Shown: positions 28,146 through 38,258, counted from the stretch's first letter. The stretch is 38,469 bases of DNA from Bacteroidales bacterium (GCA_021107915.1 JAIORY010000219.1:1-38469); one strand, 5' to 3'. Notes: generated by a model not told the origin, from the sequence alone. Program-made: numbers and translations.

Positions 28146-28189
28146 GTTTCGAGTTTATAACCTTAAACTTCAAACTCAAAACTCGAAAC
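28146..28189. terminator. Hairpin GTTTCGAGTTT-N22-AAACTCGAAAC between queA and ispD
   Basis: Perfect 11-bp stem inside a low-complexity AAACT/CAAAC-rich block, 30 nt downstream of the queA stop on the minus strand. Confidence 0.4.
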
Positions 28190-28218
28190 CTAAAACTTCA
28201 TCTACTTTTGTTCTTGCT

Positions 28219-29268
28219 TTAAATTATAAGCATTGCATCACCATAAGTAAAAAAGTTATATTTTTTCTTTATAGCTTCTTTATATGCTTTCATCAAAAAA
28301 TCGTGTCCTGCAAAAGCAGAAGCAGCCATCATCATTGATGATTGAGGCAGATGAAGATTTGTGATCATTGCATCTGCAACAAGAAATTTATACGGAGGAA
28401 AAATAAATTTATTTGTCCATCCTTTAAAAGGTTTAATTTTTTTAGTGATAGAAACGGTTGTTTCAAGTGCTTTCATCGAGGTAGTTCCGACAGCACATAT
28501 TTTCTTATTATTATCTTTTGCTTTGTTGATAATATCAGCATTGTATTGGTCAACTAATATTTCCTCCGAATCCATCTTATGTTTAGTAAGGTCTTCTACT
28601 TCGATATTTCTGAAATTTCCCAGTCCTGCATGAAGAGTAATATTTGCAAAATCAATACCGGCAAGTTCAAGACGTTTCATAATTTGACGACTAAAATGAA
28701 ATCCGGCAGTAGGAGCGGCAACAGAACCTTCGTGTTTTGCATAAATTGTTTGATATCTTTCTGCATCTTCCGGCTCTATGGGGCGATTATGTATTTTTGG
28801 TAATGGCGTTTTCCCTAATTTTTGAATGGTTTTTTTGAAGTTTTCGTGAGGGCCGTCATATAAAAATCTAATAGTTCTTCCTCTGGAAGTTGTATTATCA
28901 ATTACTTCAGCAATTAGTGATTCATCTTCACCAAAAAACAATTTATTTCCTATTCTAATTTTTCTGGCAGGATCAACCATAACATCCCACAAACGAGTTT
29001 CTTTATTTAATTCTCTCAAAAGAAAAACTTCTATTTTTGCTCCGGTTTTTTCTTTTTCGCCAAATAAAATGGCAGGAAAAACCTTAGTATCGTTAAGAAC
29101 AAAAATATCTCCATCCGAAAAATAATCCAAAATATCTTTAAATATTATATGCTTAATTGTTTGATCTTTTCTGTTTAATACGATCAATTTTGATTCATCC
29201 CTGTTTAAAGGAGGATGATTAGCAATAAGTTCCGGTGGCAAAAAAAACCTGAATTGTGATAATTTCAT
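28219..29268 (-). CDS. queA: S-adenosylmethionine:tRNA ribosyltransferase-isomerase
   Basis: [40 protein letters not shown] and [11 protein letters not shown] blocks. Confidence 0.9.
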   Translation of the reverse strand: MKLSQFRFFLPPELIANHPPLNRDESKLIVLNRKDQTIKHIIFKDILDYFSDGDIFVLNDTKVFPAILFGEKEKTGAKIEVFLLRELNKETRLWDVMVDPARKIRIGNKLFFGEDESLIAEVIDNTTSRGRTIRFLYDGPHENFKKTIQKLGKTPLPKIHNRPIEPEDAERYQTIYAKHEGSVAAPTAGFHFSRQIMKRLELAGIDFANITLHAGLGNFRNIEVEDLTKHKMDSEEILVDQYNADIINKAKDNNKKICAVGTTSMKALETTVSITKKIKPFKGWTNKFIFPPYKFLVADAMITNLHLPQSSMMMAASAFAGHDFLMKAYKEAIKKKYNFFTYGDAMLII

Positions 29269-29381
29269 ATTATATAGTGGGATTTTAGATGTTTAAAAAC
29301 AGCCTGCAAAAGTAAATAAATTCTTACAATTTGTCAAGTTTTGACATCTAATATAATAAATATAAACAGGTTTGTCAAGTA

Positions 29382-30095
29382 TTATTTTTGATGTTGTAAA
29401 ATTTTCTTTATTTCTTCAAGGTCAAAAGCGTCTTCAAGAGTGTGTTTTCCGATTCGTGTTCGGACAAGAGATGACATATATGCGCCTGAATTTAAGGCTT
29501 TTCCAAAATCACGAGCAATAGCACGAATGTAAGTTCCTTTGCTGCAAATAATTTTAAAATTTATTTTTGGTAAATCAATTTTGGTAATTTTAAATTCTGA
29601 AATATTAATGGTTTTTGCTTTGATTTTTACTTCTTCATTTTTCCGTGCATATTCATAAGCTCTTTTACCATTTATTTGAATTGCTGAAAATTTTGGTGGA
29701 TATTGAAGTTGTGATCCTAAAAATGATTCTGCTGTTTTGTGTAACAATTCAGGGGTGATATGATCGATAGGAAAAGTATGGTCAATTTCTGTTTCCAAAT
29801 CATACGAAGGGGTAGTAACTCCAATAGTAAAAGTGCCGGTATATTCTTTTTCAAGACCTTGGTATTCATCAATCTTTTTTGTATTTTTTCCTGTGCAAAT
29901 TATTAGTAATCCTGTAGCAAGAGGGTCTAAAGTACCGGCATGTCCAACCTTTATTTTTTTTATATTATAATGATGTTTTAATAAATACCTGATACTATTG
30001 ACTACACTAAACGAAGTCCATGAATAAGGCTTATTAATAAAAAGAGTTTCTCCTTTTATAAAATCATATTCTTTTTTTGATGAAATTTCTTGCAT
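29382..30095 (-). CDS. truB: tRNA pseudouridine(55) synthase
   Basis: KVGHAGTLDPLATGLLIIC catalytic Asp motif. Confidence 0.9.
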   Translation of the reverse strand: MQEISSKKEYDFIKGETLFINKPYSWTSFSVVNSIRYLLKHHYNIKKIKVGHAGTLDPLATGLLIICTGKNTKKIDEYQGLEKEYTGTFTIGVTTPSYDLETEIDHTFPIDHITPELLHKTAESFLGSQLQYPPKFSAIQINGKRAYEYARKNEEVKIKAKTINISEFKITKIDLPKINFKIICSKGTYIRAIARDFGKALNSGAYMSSLVRTRIGKHTLEDAFDLEEIKKILQHQK

Positions 30096-30110
30096 AAATA
30101 ATTAGTGCCA

Positions 30111-30247
30111 CTAAGAAAACTCAGTATTAATTGGTGTGGCTTTTAAGAAGGCGTCAAGAACGAGGCTTGTGAAGTATTTAAAATCAGAGTCCGTACGGAT
30201 GACTGATTTTAAATACGAGCATAACGAAGTTATTGACGTTTTCTTAG
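30111..30247. other. Long imperfect hairpin (about 137 nt) between uppP and truB
   Basis: Outer pair CTAAGAAAAC (30111-30120) / GTTTTCTTAG (30238-30247). Perfect inner 14-bp stem GTATTTAAAATCAG (30174-30187) / CTGATTTTAAATAC (30203-30216). The loop carries the palindrome TCCGTACGGA. Confidence 0.7.
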
Positions 30248-30256
30248 AGCCATTAA

Positions 30257-31039
30257 TTAGGCAAATATAATAGCCAGTATTCCAATAATAAAACAATAAA
30301 TTGAAAAATAAATCAAACTGCCTTTTTTCACAATTCCTATCATCCATTTACAGGCAAGGAGTCCGGAAATAAATGCTGCAAAAAAACCAACGATTAAAGG
30401 AACTACTCCAACAGTAGTTTGAGATGTCATTTCACCGCTAAAAACATTTAACAGATTTGCTCCAAGAATGGGGACTAAAACCATTAAAAAAGAGAATTTT
30501 GCCATTATTACTTTTTTATTTCCCAAAAGTAATCCTGTAGAAATTGTAGCTCCCGAACGCGAAATTCCTGGCAAAACAGCAAAAACTTGTGCAATTCCGA
30601 TTATAAATGAGTCAACAAATGATATTTTACGAAGATTTGATTTTGGGAGATATGTTGAAGCAAGCAAAAGAGAAGTTACAATTAACATTGAACCGACAAA
30701 CAGCAAATTTCCTGTAAAAAATTCTTCAATTTCTTCTTTAAAAAATAATCCAAGTATTATAACAGGTATCATCGAAATGATAAGTTTTACTATATATTTG
30801 TTATTATCATCCCATTTGAATAAAAACAATCCTTTGAATAATTCAAGAAGATCTTTGTAAAAAATAATTATTGTACTTAAAACTGTTGCTCCATGAACAA
30901 CTACAGTAAATATCAAACTTTTTTCGGCATCAACACCAAGAATAACTTTTCCAAGTTCGAGATGACCACTGCTACTAACAGGTAAAAATTCGGTAAGACC
31001 TTGGATTAGTCCAAGTAAAAGTGCTTCAAACCAATTCAT
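30257..31039 (-). CDS. uppP: Undecaprenyl-diphosphate phosphatase
   Basis: GLIQGLTEFLPVSSSGHL and PGISRSGATI motifs. Confidence 0.9.
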   Translation of the reverse strand: MNWFEALLLGLIQGLTEFLPVSSSGHLELGKVILGVDAEKSLIFTVVVHGATVLSTIIIFYKDLLELFKGLFLFKWDDNNKYIVKLIISMIPVIILGLFFKEEIEEFFTGNLLFVGSMLIVTSLLLASTYLPKSNLRKISFVDSFIIGIAQVFAVLPGISRSGATISTGLLLGNKKVIMAKFSFLMVLVPILGANLLNVFSGEMTSQTTVGVVPLIVGFFAAFISGLLACKWMIGIVKKGSLIYFSIYCFIIGILAIIFA

Positions 31040-31047
31040 ATTGATAA

Positions 31048-31302
31048 CTATTTTTTTGGTCGTTTCATTATAGCAAAAATTTCAATAACATATCCGATAA
31101 GGATAAGAATAGGAGCCAGAGTAAGTCTTCTGAAACTGAAAAGTTTGTCGCTGAATACATCAGGATCGTCAGAACCACCACCTATCATTAATAAGAAACC
31201 AATAACAATAAAAGCAATTCCAATAAGCAAAAGCTTATAATTCTCTTTTGAGAATACAAAATTTATTGATTCCTCTTTTTTATCTTTTTTTGTTGTTTTC
31301 AT
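31048..31302 (-). CDS. DUF3098-family small membrane protein
   Basis: 84 aa with two TM helices, FSKENYKLLLIGIAFIVIGF. Conserved position next to uppP in Bacteroidota. Confidence 0.6.
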   Translation of the reverse strand: MKTTKKDKKEESINFVFSKENYKLLLIGIAFIVIGFLLMIGGGSDDPDVFSDKLFSFRRLTLAPILILIGYVIEIFAIMKRPKK

Positions 31303-31374
31303 CTGATGAAATTTTTAGCGGTTTCAAAAATACTATAATTTTCAGAAAACACTTGGGATTTAACAATATTTAAC

Positions 31375-32172
31375 TCACTCAATCTTTGAATCCTGAGGAT
31401 TTGCAAGTCCTATATATTCAATCAATTCTACTTTTACCGAACCGATAATTACTTCTGATCGTAGCAAAACAGGGATATGATTTTTATCATCACTAATCCA
31501 AAGTGTCATTGGATATTCTTCATCAAAAACTTCTCCTTTTACAACCTTTGGTTTAAATTTCAGGCATTTAAATTCACCGGCTTTTGTTCTAACTGTTTCT
31601 TTTCCACAATAAATTATTCGGGAAATGTATAATGAATCATCAAGCATAAATTCAACCCGAAACTCCTGATCAATTTTTGCATTATTATAATCAAGATTTC
31701 TCATCATATAAAATGACGAAACTATGTCCTGAATATTTGGCGGGACCTCTCTTTTCATTCTGCTGCTTTTAGCGAGATGATCAAATTGATTAAAATTAAT
31801 ATCATCATCTCGTGTATAACCGCCTTGCCTTGTTCTTCGAATAAAAAGCCAGGGAATAAGAGCTTCTTCATCAATATATGATTCATATCGATCATCTACT
31901 TTAAAAAACCAGTTGAATATACCAACCGACTTTCCAAGAACCTCCAAGTGATAAGTGTCTCTATTATGAAATTTTCTAACATCCGGTAAAACCGAAAGTG
32001 TTCCGAAACCTGCCGTTAAATATGTGGTGAGCCATGAGTCATAAAAGATTCTGTATTTTAGAACTTCGCCTCGTTTAAATGCAGAGTTTTTAACTTTTCG
32101 TAATCCCCCTGCTGAAGATGAAAAAGTAAAAACGATTGAAAAAAGTAATATGAAAATAATTTTTTTTTGCAT
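31375..32172 (-). CDS. DUF3108-like secreted protein
   Basis: Signal peptide. GEVLKYRIFY...GTLSV and the later beta-rich pattern resemble DUF3108. Assignment is from memory only. Confidence 0.45.
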   Translation of the reverse strand: MQKKIIFILLFSIVFTFSSSAGGLRKVKNSAFKRGEVLKYRIFYDSWLTTYLTAGFGTLSVLPDVRKFHNRDTYHLEVLGKSVGIFNWFFKVDDRYESYIDEEALIPWLFIRRTRQGGYTRDDDINFNQFDHLAKSSRMKREVPPNIQDIVSSFYMMRNLDYNNAKIDQEFRVEFMLDDSLYISRIIYCGKETVRTKAGEFKCLKFKPKVVKGEVFDEEYPMTLWISDDKNHIPVLLRSEVIIGSVKVELIEYIGLANPQDSKIE

Positions 32173-32236
32173 TAATTATTCTATTGTAAATATTGTTTTA
32201 ATATTTATTTTTACTCTTGGATATTATGGACAAACA

Positions 32237-35200
32237 CTAAACAACAATATTTATTATTCTTTTCGGAACGACAATTATTTTTCTCGGCGTTTTTCCCTCA
32301 ATCCATTTCTGAGCTTCTTTTGCTTCAAGTGCTGCTTTTTCTATTTCGTCTTTTGGCATGTCAACCGGTAACTCAAGTTTAAAACGCATTTTACCATTAA
32401 ACGAGACAGGATAAGTAAAAGTATTTTCTGCTACAAAATCTTTATTGAATTCGGGATACTTTGCCTTAGTGATGCTTTTTTCGTTACCGAGTAGTGACCA
32501 TAATTCTTCAGCAATATGAGGTGCATAAGATGAAACCAAAATTGCAAGCGGTTCCAAAATTTCTCTTTTGTTACATTTAAGATCAGAGAGTTCGTTTACG
32601 CAAATCATAAAAGTACTGACCGCCGTATTAAAAGAAAATCTTTCAATATCGTCCTTAATTTTTTTAATGGTTTTATGTAAAACTTTTAATTCTTCCTTTG
32701 AAGCTTTTGCATCTGAAACATCAAAATTATTTGATTCATTATGATATAATCGCCATAGTTTTTTAATAAATCTAAAAACTCCTTCTATACCTTTTGTGTC
32801 CCAAGGCTTGTGTGTTTCAAGTGGTCCAAGAAACATTTCATATAATCTGAGAGTATCTGCACCATATTCGTCAATTAAATAATCAGGATTTTGAACATTG
32901 TGTTTGGATTTTGACATTTTTTCGACCTCCCAGCCGCAAATATATTTCCCGTCTTCGAGAATAAATTTTACATCATTATATTCTGATCGCCACTTTTTAA
33001 ATTCATCAATATTCAAAATATCATTATCAACTAAATTGATATCAACATGTAGTGGAGTTGAAAATAATTGTCTGTCTTTTACACCATGCGAAACAAATAA
33101 TGGTTTGAGATCACGAACTTCGTGGTGATTAAAAATAACCCCTTTTTCTTTATGTTCAAGTGCTTCAATGGTTTCATCAATTACTGCTTCGATGTTTTCA
33201 ATAATATCTGCAATAGGAATAAGAATTAATTTTTTATTTGTTGTTTTGATGTACTCTTTATAAAAAGACTCAAGTTTTTCAAGTTTTTTCTGGCTTCTTA
33301 TCTCAACAATTAAATTCTCCTTTTTATTATAGAAATCAAATCTCCTGTGACCATCTTTATAATTTCTTATAAACTCATGTTCTAATTTGTTTTTTTTAAT
33401 GTACTCCCAAAGTAAATACTCGGCATATTTTTCCATATTTACTCTATAAACAAAACTGCTTCTTCCTTGTATTTTGCCTTGGTTAATAAGTTTTTTATAG
33501 GGTTCATCTTTACAAACCATTCCTATATCGAATAAAAATTTGTTCCAGAAACGAGAATAAATTAAATGCCCGGTTCCATGCTCGTCCCCTCCAATGTAGA
33601 GGTCAACATCTTGCCAGTATTGATTTGCTTCTTTCGAAAAATATTCTTTATTATTTTTAGGATCCATATAACGAAGATAATACCCGCTTGATCCTGCAAA
33701 GCCGGGCATGGTGTTGGTTTCGAGAGGATAGCCGTCTTTTGTTTTCCAGCTTTTAGCACGTGCCAAAGGTGGTTCTCCGCTTTTTGTCGGCAGATATTTA
33801 TCAACTTCGGGAAGTTTGAGGGGAAGTTCTTTTTCGTCCAGAACGTAAGGCACCCCATCTTTATAATAAACAGGAAACGGCTCGCCCCAATATCGTTGTC
33901 TGCTAAAAATTGCATCACGGAGCCGGTAATTAATTGTTCCGTAGCCTGCATTTTTTTCTTCAAGTTTTTTAATAACTGCTTTAATGGCATCTTTTACTTC
34001 CATCCCGTCAATAAAATCTGAATTCATCATTTTGCCGGTTTTGGCATCATAAGATTCTTCAGAAATATCACCACCCGAAACTACCTGAATAATTGGAATG
34101 TCAAAATGTTTTGCAAAAGCATAGTCGCGGCTATCGTGTGCCGGCACTGCCATAATTGCTCCTGTTCCGTATCCGGCAAGAACATAATCTGCAATCCAGA
34201 TAGGGATTTTTTTTCCGTTAAGGGGATTAATTCCATAAGCTCCTGTAAATACACCTGTGATATTTTTTACTTCTGCCATTCGTTCTCTTTCCGAACGGTT
34301 TTTAGCTCTGGTAACATACTCATCAACTTTTTCTTTCCTTTCGGGAGATGTAATTTTTTCAACAAGTTCGTGCTCAGGAGCAAGAACCATATATGTGGAA
34401 CCGAATAAAGTATCGGGGCGGGTTGTGAAAACGGAAACCCCACCTAAATCCTCCCCAACCCCACCTAAATCCTCCCCATAGGGGAGGACTTTGTTATCTA
34501 AATACTTTGTAATTTTATTAATTACTTCATCAGTATTTGTTACAACTTCATTATTAGAAAAACGGATGACTGAAAATCCAAGTTTATTTAAAATTTCAGT
34601 TCTTTCCTGATCTTCTTCAATTTGTGTATCATGAATTTTACCATCAATTTCAATAATGGTCATTTTTTCTAAACAAACGAAATCAACAATAAATTTATTA
34701 ATAACATGCTGTCTTCTAATTTTGTAGCCAATTTGTTTTTCTCTTAATCTTTCCCAAATAATTGATTCAGCTTCAGTTGGATTTTTCCTCGCTTCCTTAG
34801 CTTTTTCTTTTAATAAAGCCCACATTTGAGAATCAGTATTATAAAACGGAGGAATATCTTTTTCTACAAAATAAATAGAACTTTTTTCTCCCTCCCTATT
34901 GGGGAGGGTTGGGGAGGGGTGTTTTTTTTCCCCCTCCCCAATGGGGAGGGCCGGGGTGGGGTGAAATCTCACCATCGCTCCTTCGCTTCTACCTATCCAA
35001 TTTCTTTGAACTTCTTTTAACGAATCTGTCCAGTCAACTGTTTCCAGCCCGTCAAGTAATCTTTGAGCATAAGCGGTAATTCTCAACGACCATTGTTTCA
35101 TTAATTTTCGTTCAACAGCATGCCCGCCTCTTTCCGAACAACCGTCTTTCACCTCATCGTTTGCAAGAACGGTTCCTAAATCAGGACACCAGTTTACCAT

Positions 35201-35830
35201 GGTTTTTGAAATATATGCAAGACGATAATTTAACAATATTTCCTGTTGTTGTTTTTCGGTTTTCGATTTCCATTCTTCAGCCGAAAAAATTTCTGTTTCA
35301 TCACAAGCTGCATTAATATTTTTGTTTCCTGAAGTTTCAAAATCTTTTATTAGTGAGCCAATTGATTGAGCTTTATCCTTATTTTTATCATACCACGAAT
35401 TGAATAATTGAATAAAAACCCACTGAGTCCATTTGTAATAATGAGGATCGCAAGTTCTTACTTCCCTGTCCCAATCATAAGAAAAGCCAATATTATCAAG
35501 CTGCTCTCTGTATTTTTCAATATTTTTATTAGTTGTAATTTCAGGATGTGTTCCCGTTTGAATTGCATATTGTTCAGCCGGCAGACCATAAGCATCAAAT
35601 CCCATAGGATGTAGAACATTGAAACCTTCTAATCGTTTGTATCTTGAATAAATATCCGATGCAATATATCCTAATGGATGACCAACATGTAATCCTGCCC
35701 CCGAGGGATAAGGAAACATATCGAGAACATAATATTTAGGTTTGTTGTGATCGATTTCTGCTTTGTAGGTCTTATTTGTACTCCAGTACTTTTGCCATTT
35801 TTTTTCTATCTCTCTGAAGTTATATTCCAT
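32237..35830 (-). CDS. leuS: Leucine--tRNA ligase carrying two in-frame endonuclease-like insertions (1197 aa)
   Basis: [16 protein letters not shown] (HIGH), [18 protein letters not shown] and KMSKSKHNV (KMSKS) are all present and colinear. About 290 extra residues lie in two blocks. Confidence 0.9.
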   Translation of the reverse strand: MEYNFREIEKKWQKYWSTNKTYKAEIDHNKPKYYVLDMFPYPSGAGLHVGHPLGYIASDIYSRYKRLEGFNVLHPMGFDAYGLPAEQYAIQTGTHPEITTNKNIEKYREQLDNIGFSYDWDREVRTCDPHYYKWTQWVFIQLFNSWYDKNKDKAQSIGSLIKDFETSGNKNINAACDETEIFSAEEWKSKTEKQQQEILLNYRLAYISKTMVNWCPDLGTVLANDEVKDGCSERGGHAVERKLMKQWSLRITAYAQRLLDGLETVDWTDSLKEVQRNWIGRSEGAMVRFHPTPALPIGEGEKKHPSPTLPNREGEKSSIYFVEKDIPPFYNTDSQMWALLKEKAKEARKNPTEAESIIWERLREKQIGYKIRRQHVINKFIVDFVCLEKMTIIEIDGKIHDTQIEEDQERTEILNKLGFSVIRFSNNEVVTNTDEVINKITKYLDNKVLPYGEDLGGVGEDLGGVSVFTTRPDTLFGSTYMVLAPEHELVEKITSPERKEKVDEYVTRAKNRSERERMAEVKNITGVFTGAYGINPLNGKKIPIWIADYVLAGYGTGAIMAVPAHDSRDYAFAKHFDIPIIQVVSGGDISEESYDAKTGKMMNSDFIDGMEVKDAIKAVIKKLEEKNAGYGTINYRLRDAIFSRQRYWGEPFPVYYKDGVPYVLDEKELPLKLPEVDKYLPTKSGEPPLARAKSWKTKDGYPLETNTMPGFAGSSGYYLRYMDPKNNKEYFSKEANQYWQDVDLYIGGDEHGTGHLIYSRFWNKFLFDIGMVCKDEPYKKLINQGKIQGRSSFVYRVNMEKYAEYLLWEYIKKNKLEHEFIRNYKDGHRRFDFYNKKENLIVEIRSQKKLEKLESFYKEYIKTTNKKLILIPIADIIENIEAVIDETIEALEHKEKGVIFNHHEVRDLKPLFVSHGVKDRQLFSTPLHVDINLVDNDILNIDEFKKWRSEYNDVKFILEDGKYICGWEVEKMSKSKHNVQNPDYLIDEYGADTLRLYEMFLGPLETHKPWDTKGIEGVFRFIKKLWRLYHNESNNFDVSDAKASKEELKVLHKTIKKIKDDIERFSFNTAVSTFMICVNELSDLKCNKREILEPLAILVSSYAPHIAEELWSLLGNEKSITKAKYPEFNKDFVAENTFTYPVSFNGKMRFKLELPVDMPKDEIEKAALEAKEAQKWIEGKTPRKIIVVPKRIINIVV
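33101..33439 (-). other. In-frame degenerate DUF559-like module inside leuS (about aa 798-910), between FVYRV and LFVSHG, upstream of KMSKS
   Basis: [44 protein letters not shown]...[22 protein letters not shown] is colinear with the intact module at 34436-34963. Both have the same 24-residue W-to-DF spacing, IVEI against IIEI, and [13 protein letters not shown] against [12 protein letters not shown]. Confidence 0.55.
34436..34963 (-). mobile_element. In-frame DUF559 (Vsr-like PD-(D/E)xK endonuclease) cassette with GC-rich hairpin flanks inside leuS (about aa 290-464)
   Basis: [83 protein letters not shown] is a full DUF559 signature. Flanks are a 21-nt tandem CCCCACCTAAATCCTCCCCA(A) x2 (34438-34478) and hairpins at 34470-34488, 34890-34908 and 34932-34950. 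Confidence 0.8.
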
Positions 35831-35961
35831 CTTGTTAAAAAATTATCAAATATTATAATTATTGGTTGCAATTACTTGAATCTGCGAAATTAAAAAAAAG
35901 AACATTAAAATCATAAAACCATACATGAATACATTCCGAAAAGTAATTTTAGCCACAAAAC

Positions 35962-36034
35962 CACTAAGACTCAAAGAATTCACAAAGTTTATTATATTGA
36001 TTGTGCGTTCTTTGTGTATCTTGGTGTCTTAGTG
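35962..36034. repeat. Imperfect inverted repeat CACTAAGACTCAAAGAATTCACAAAG / CTTTGTGTATCTTGGTGTCTTAGTG with no cargo gene
   Basis: About 20 of 25 complementary positions, with a 22-nt spacer. Lies in the divergent leuS / phosphoesterase intergenic region. Confidence 0.7.
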
Positions 36035-36144
36035 TCAATTTTTCTTTTTTCTTTTTTTGGAATTTGAATATTTAGTCATTGGAATTTATTTGTTATTTGG
36101 TGCTTAAATTCATGTTTATTTGTATTTTTACATAAAAAACTTTT

Positions 36145-37062
36145 ATGCTTGAAAAAAGAATAATATGGGCTACCACCAGATCAGTACTTGAAACAAATAA
36201 ATATAAAAACAAACGTAGTGGTGAACGAAGTAAAAGTCATTGGTCTTTATTTGAAAGATGTTTGAGGCTATTTGTTTTCTTTTTAAAGGTTTCAGGTTTG
36301 TATAAAAAAGGAATGCAAAATGCCAGAAATATCAAGATAAAAGAAATTGAACTTGAATTTAAAAACCTTCCTCCTTCTTTCAATAATTATAAAATACTTC
36401 ATCTTTCCGACCTTCATATCGACAGCCTTCCGGGACTTGATAATATTATTTCTAAGAAAATTGAATCTTTGAATTATGATGTTTGTGTTCTTACCGGAGA
36501 TTATCGACGAAGTATAAGCGGGAGTTTCAAAAGTATTATGCGACCAATGAAAAAAGTAATTGATTCCATTAAAGCTAAAGATGGAATTTACGCAGTTTTA
36601 GGTAATCACGACACTTATCTTATGGTTGAATATGAAGACAGAATTGGCGTAAAAATATTAGTAAACGAGACAATTTTCATTGAAAAGGGAAAAGATAAAA
36701 TTGCCATTACTGGAACAGATGATCCATTTTATTATTTTACTGATCAAGCAATTATGTCATTAGATGAACCAATAAATAATTTCAAAATAGCATTAGTTCA
36801 TACTCCCGAATTATATGATGTTGCAGCAGATAATAATTACAATCTTTATTTATGCGGACATACCCATGGAGGACAAATTTGTCTGCCCGGTGGTATTCCA
36901 ATAATTACACATCAATTTGATGATAAAAAATTTATTAAAGGTTTGTGGAAAGAGAAAAATATGACAGGATATACAAGCCCGGGTTGCGGTGTTTCGGGTA
37001 TTCCAGTACGCTTTAATAATTTTGGAGAGATTACTTTGTTTACTTTAAAGGGGAAAGGATGA
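36145..37062 (+). CDS. Metallophosphoesterase (YaeI-like)
   Basis: ILHLSDLHID, LTGDY, LGNHD and CGHTHGGQ motifs. Confidence 0.8.
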   Translation: MLEKRIIWATTRSVLETNKYKNKRSGERSKSHWSLFERCLRLFVFFLKVSGLYKKGMQNARNIKIKEIELEFKNLPPSFNNYKILHLSDLHIDSLPGLDNIISKKIESLNYDVCVLTGDYRRSISGSFKSIMRPMKKVIDSIKAKDGIYAVLGNHDTYLMVEYEDRIGVKILVNETIFIEKGKDKIAITGTDDPFYYFTDQAIMSLDEPINNFKIALVHTPELYDVAADNNYNLYLCGHTHGGQICLPGGIPIITHQFDDKKFIKGLWKEKNMTGYTSPGCGVSGIPVRFNNFGEITLFTLKGKG

Positions 37063-37074
37063 TTGTTGGGCATA

Positions 37075-37166
37075 ATGGAAATATGGGAAATATGGAAATA
37101 TGGGAAATAAGGAAAATACCTTTATACCTTTATTTCCCCTATACCTTTATACCTTTTATACCTTTC
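37075..37166. repeat. Back-to-back short-period tandem arrays (ATGGGAAAT units, then TATACCTTT units) with a central hairpin
   Basis: GGGAAATAAGG (37102-37112) pairs, with one bulge, to CCTTTATTTCCC (37127-37138). Lies 13 nt after the phosphoesterase stop and may act as its terminator. Confidence 0.65.
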
Positions 37167-37249
37167 TAATAAATTACTCGCAAAGTCAAAAAAAATTAGA
37201 AATAGATTAATAAACTGATAAACTACTTTTTTAGTAATTTAGCCCTCTC

Positions 37250-38128
37250 ATGTCAAAACAAGAAGAAAAATATAATAGACGCCGACTTAAGTCTTCATAT
37301 ATTACTACAATTGTGAGTGTTACTTTAGTATTATTAATGTTGGGTGTATTGGGATTGATTATTTTACATGCCAAAAAACTTTCAGATCACGTTAAGGAAA
37401 ACATAGGATTTTCGATTATTATGAAAGAAGGCATTAAAGAAGCTGAAATTATTCAGCTACAAAAAACTTTAGATGCCACCAATTACGTTAAAACGACTGA
37501 ATATATCACAAAAGAAAAAGCAGCCGAAGATTTAACTAATGATCTTGGCGAAGATTTTATTAGCTTTCTAGGATACAATCCACTTCTCCCTTCTATTGAT
37601 CTCAGGTTTAAAGCCCAATACGCTAATTTGGATAGTCTCCAAACCATTGAAAACAAATTGCTAAAGAATAAAAATGTAAAAGAAGTCTTGTATCAAAAAT
37701 CCCTTGTTAATTTGATAAATAAAAATCTTCGCAAAATCAGCCTGATACTTTTGGGATTTAGTATATTGCTTTTGATTATCGCTATTGCCCTGATAAATAA
37801 TACGATTAGATTATCTGTTTATTCAAAACGTTTTTTGATTAGAACTATGCAATTAGTGGGAGCAACACAAGGATTTATTAGAAAACCGTTTATTTTTAAA
37901 AGTATTATGCAGGGAATTTACAGTGCATTTATTTCTATAGTTTTCTTGGCGGGAATAATATATTTTTCACAAAAAGAATTACCCGAGCTTATCGATCTTC
38001 AGGATCTTAATATTTTTCTTATTCTTTTTGGTACTGTAATTTTATTGGGAATTATTATCTCCAGTTTTTCTACATTTTTTGCTGTAAAAAAATATCTTAA
38101 AATGAATACCGACAGGCTTTATTTTTAA
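37250..38128 (+). CDS. ftsX: Cell division permease-like protein FtsX
   Basis: N-terminal TM segment, periplasmic FtsX-ECD-like region and three C-terminal TM helices (LVGATQGFIRKPF). Confidence 0.75.
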   Translation: MSKQEEKYNRRRLKSSYITTIVSVTLVLLMLGVLGLIILHAKKLSDHVKENIGFSIIMKEGIKEAEIIQLQKTLDATNYVKTTEYITKEKAAEDLTNDLGEDFISFLGYNPLLPSIDLRFKAQYANLDSLQTIENKLLKNKNVKEVLYQKSLVNLINKNLRKISLILLGFSILLLIIAIALINNTIRLSVYSKRFLIRTMQLVGATQGFIRKPFIFKSIMQGIYSAFISIVFLAGIIYFSQKELPELIDLQDLNIFLILFGTVILLGIIISSFSTFFAVKKYLKMNTDRLYF

Positions 38129-38258
38129 GTTGAGTAATTCACATTGAAATTGTTTTTGTTTGTAGATTAATTGCCTTAAACCCAGAAATAAACCACAATT
38201 TTGTTGCAATAGAAGAAAAAAAGTTGTATTATTGTTTTCAAATAATAAAATTTTAATA

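Noticed and set aside
30111-30347. 78-aa minus-strand ORF between truB and uppP
   Set aside because: It overlaps the 3' end of uppP by 91 nt, and the rest lies over the 137-nt hairpin. It has no recognisable motifs and an odd composition.
34436-34963. Intein in LeuRS
   Set aside because: There is no Cys/Ser/Thr at the N-terminal junction and no His-Asn plus Cys/Ser/Thr at the C-terminal junction. No Hint-domain blocks are present. The cargo is a Vsr-like DUF559 domain, not a LAGLIDADG or HNH homing endonuclease.
34826-35020. 64-aa plus-strand ORF containing PIGEGWGGV...[11 protein letters not shown]
   Set aside because: It is an antisense translation of the GC-rich hairpins inside leuS. Palindromes read similarly on both strands. 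There is no independent coding signal, and it lies fully inside a strong CDS.
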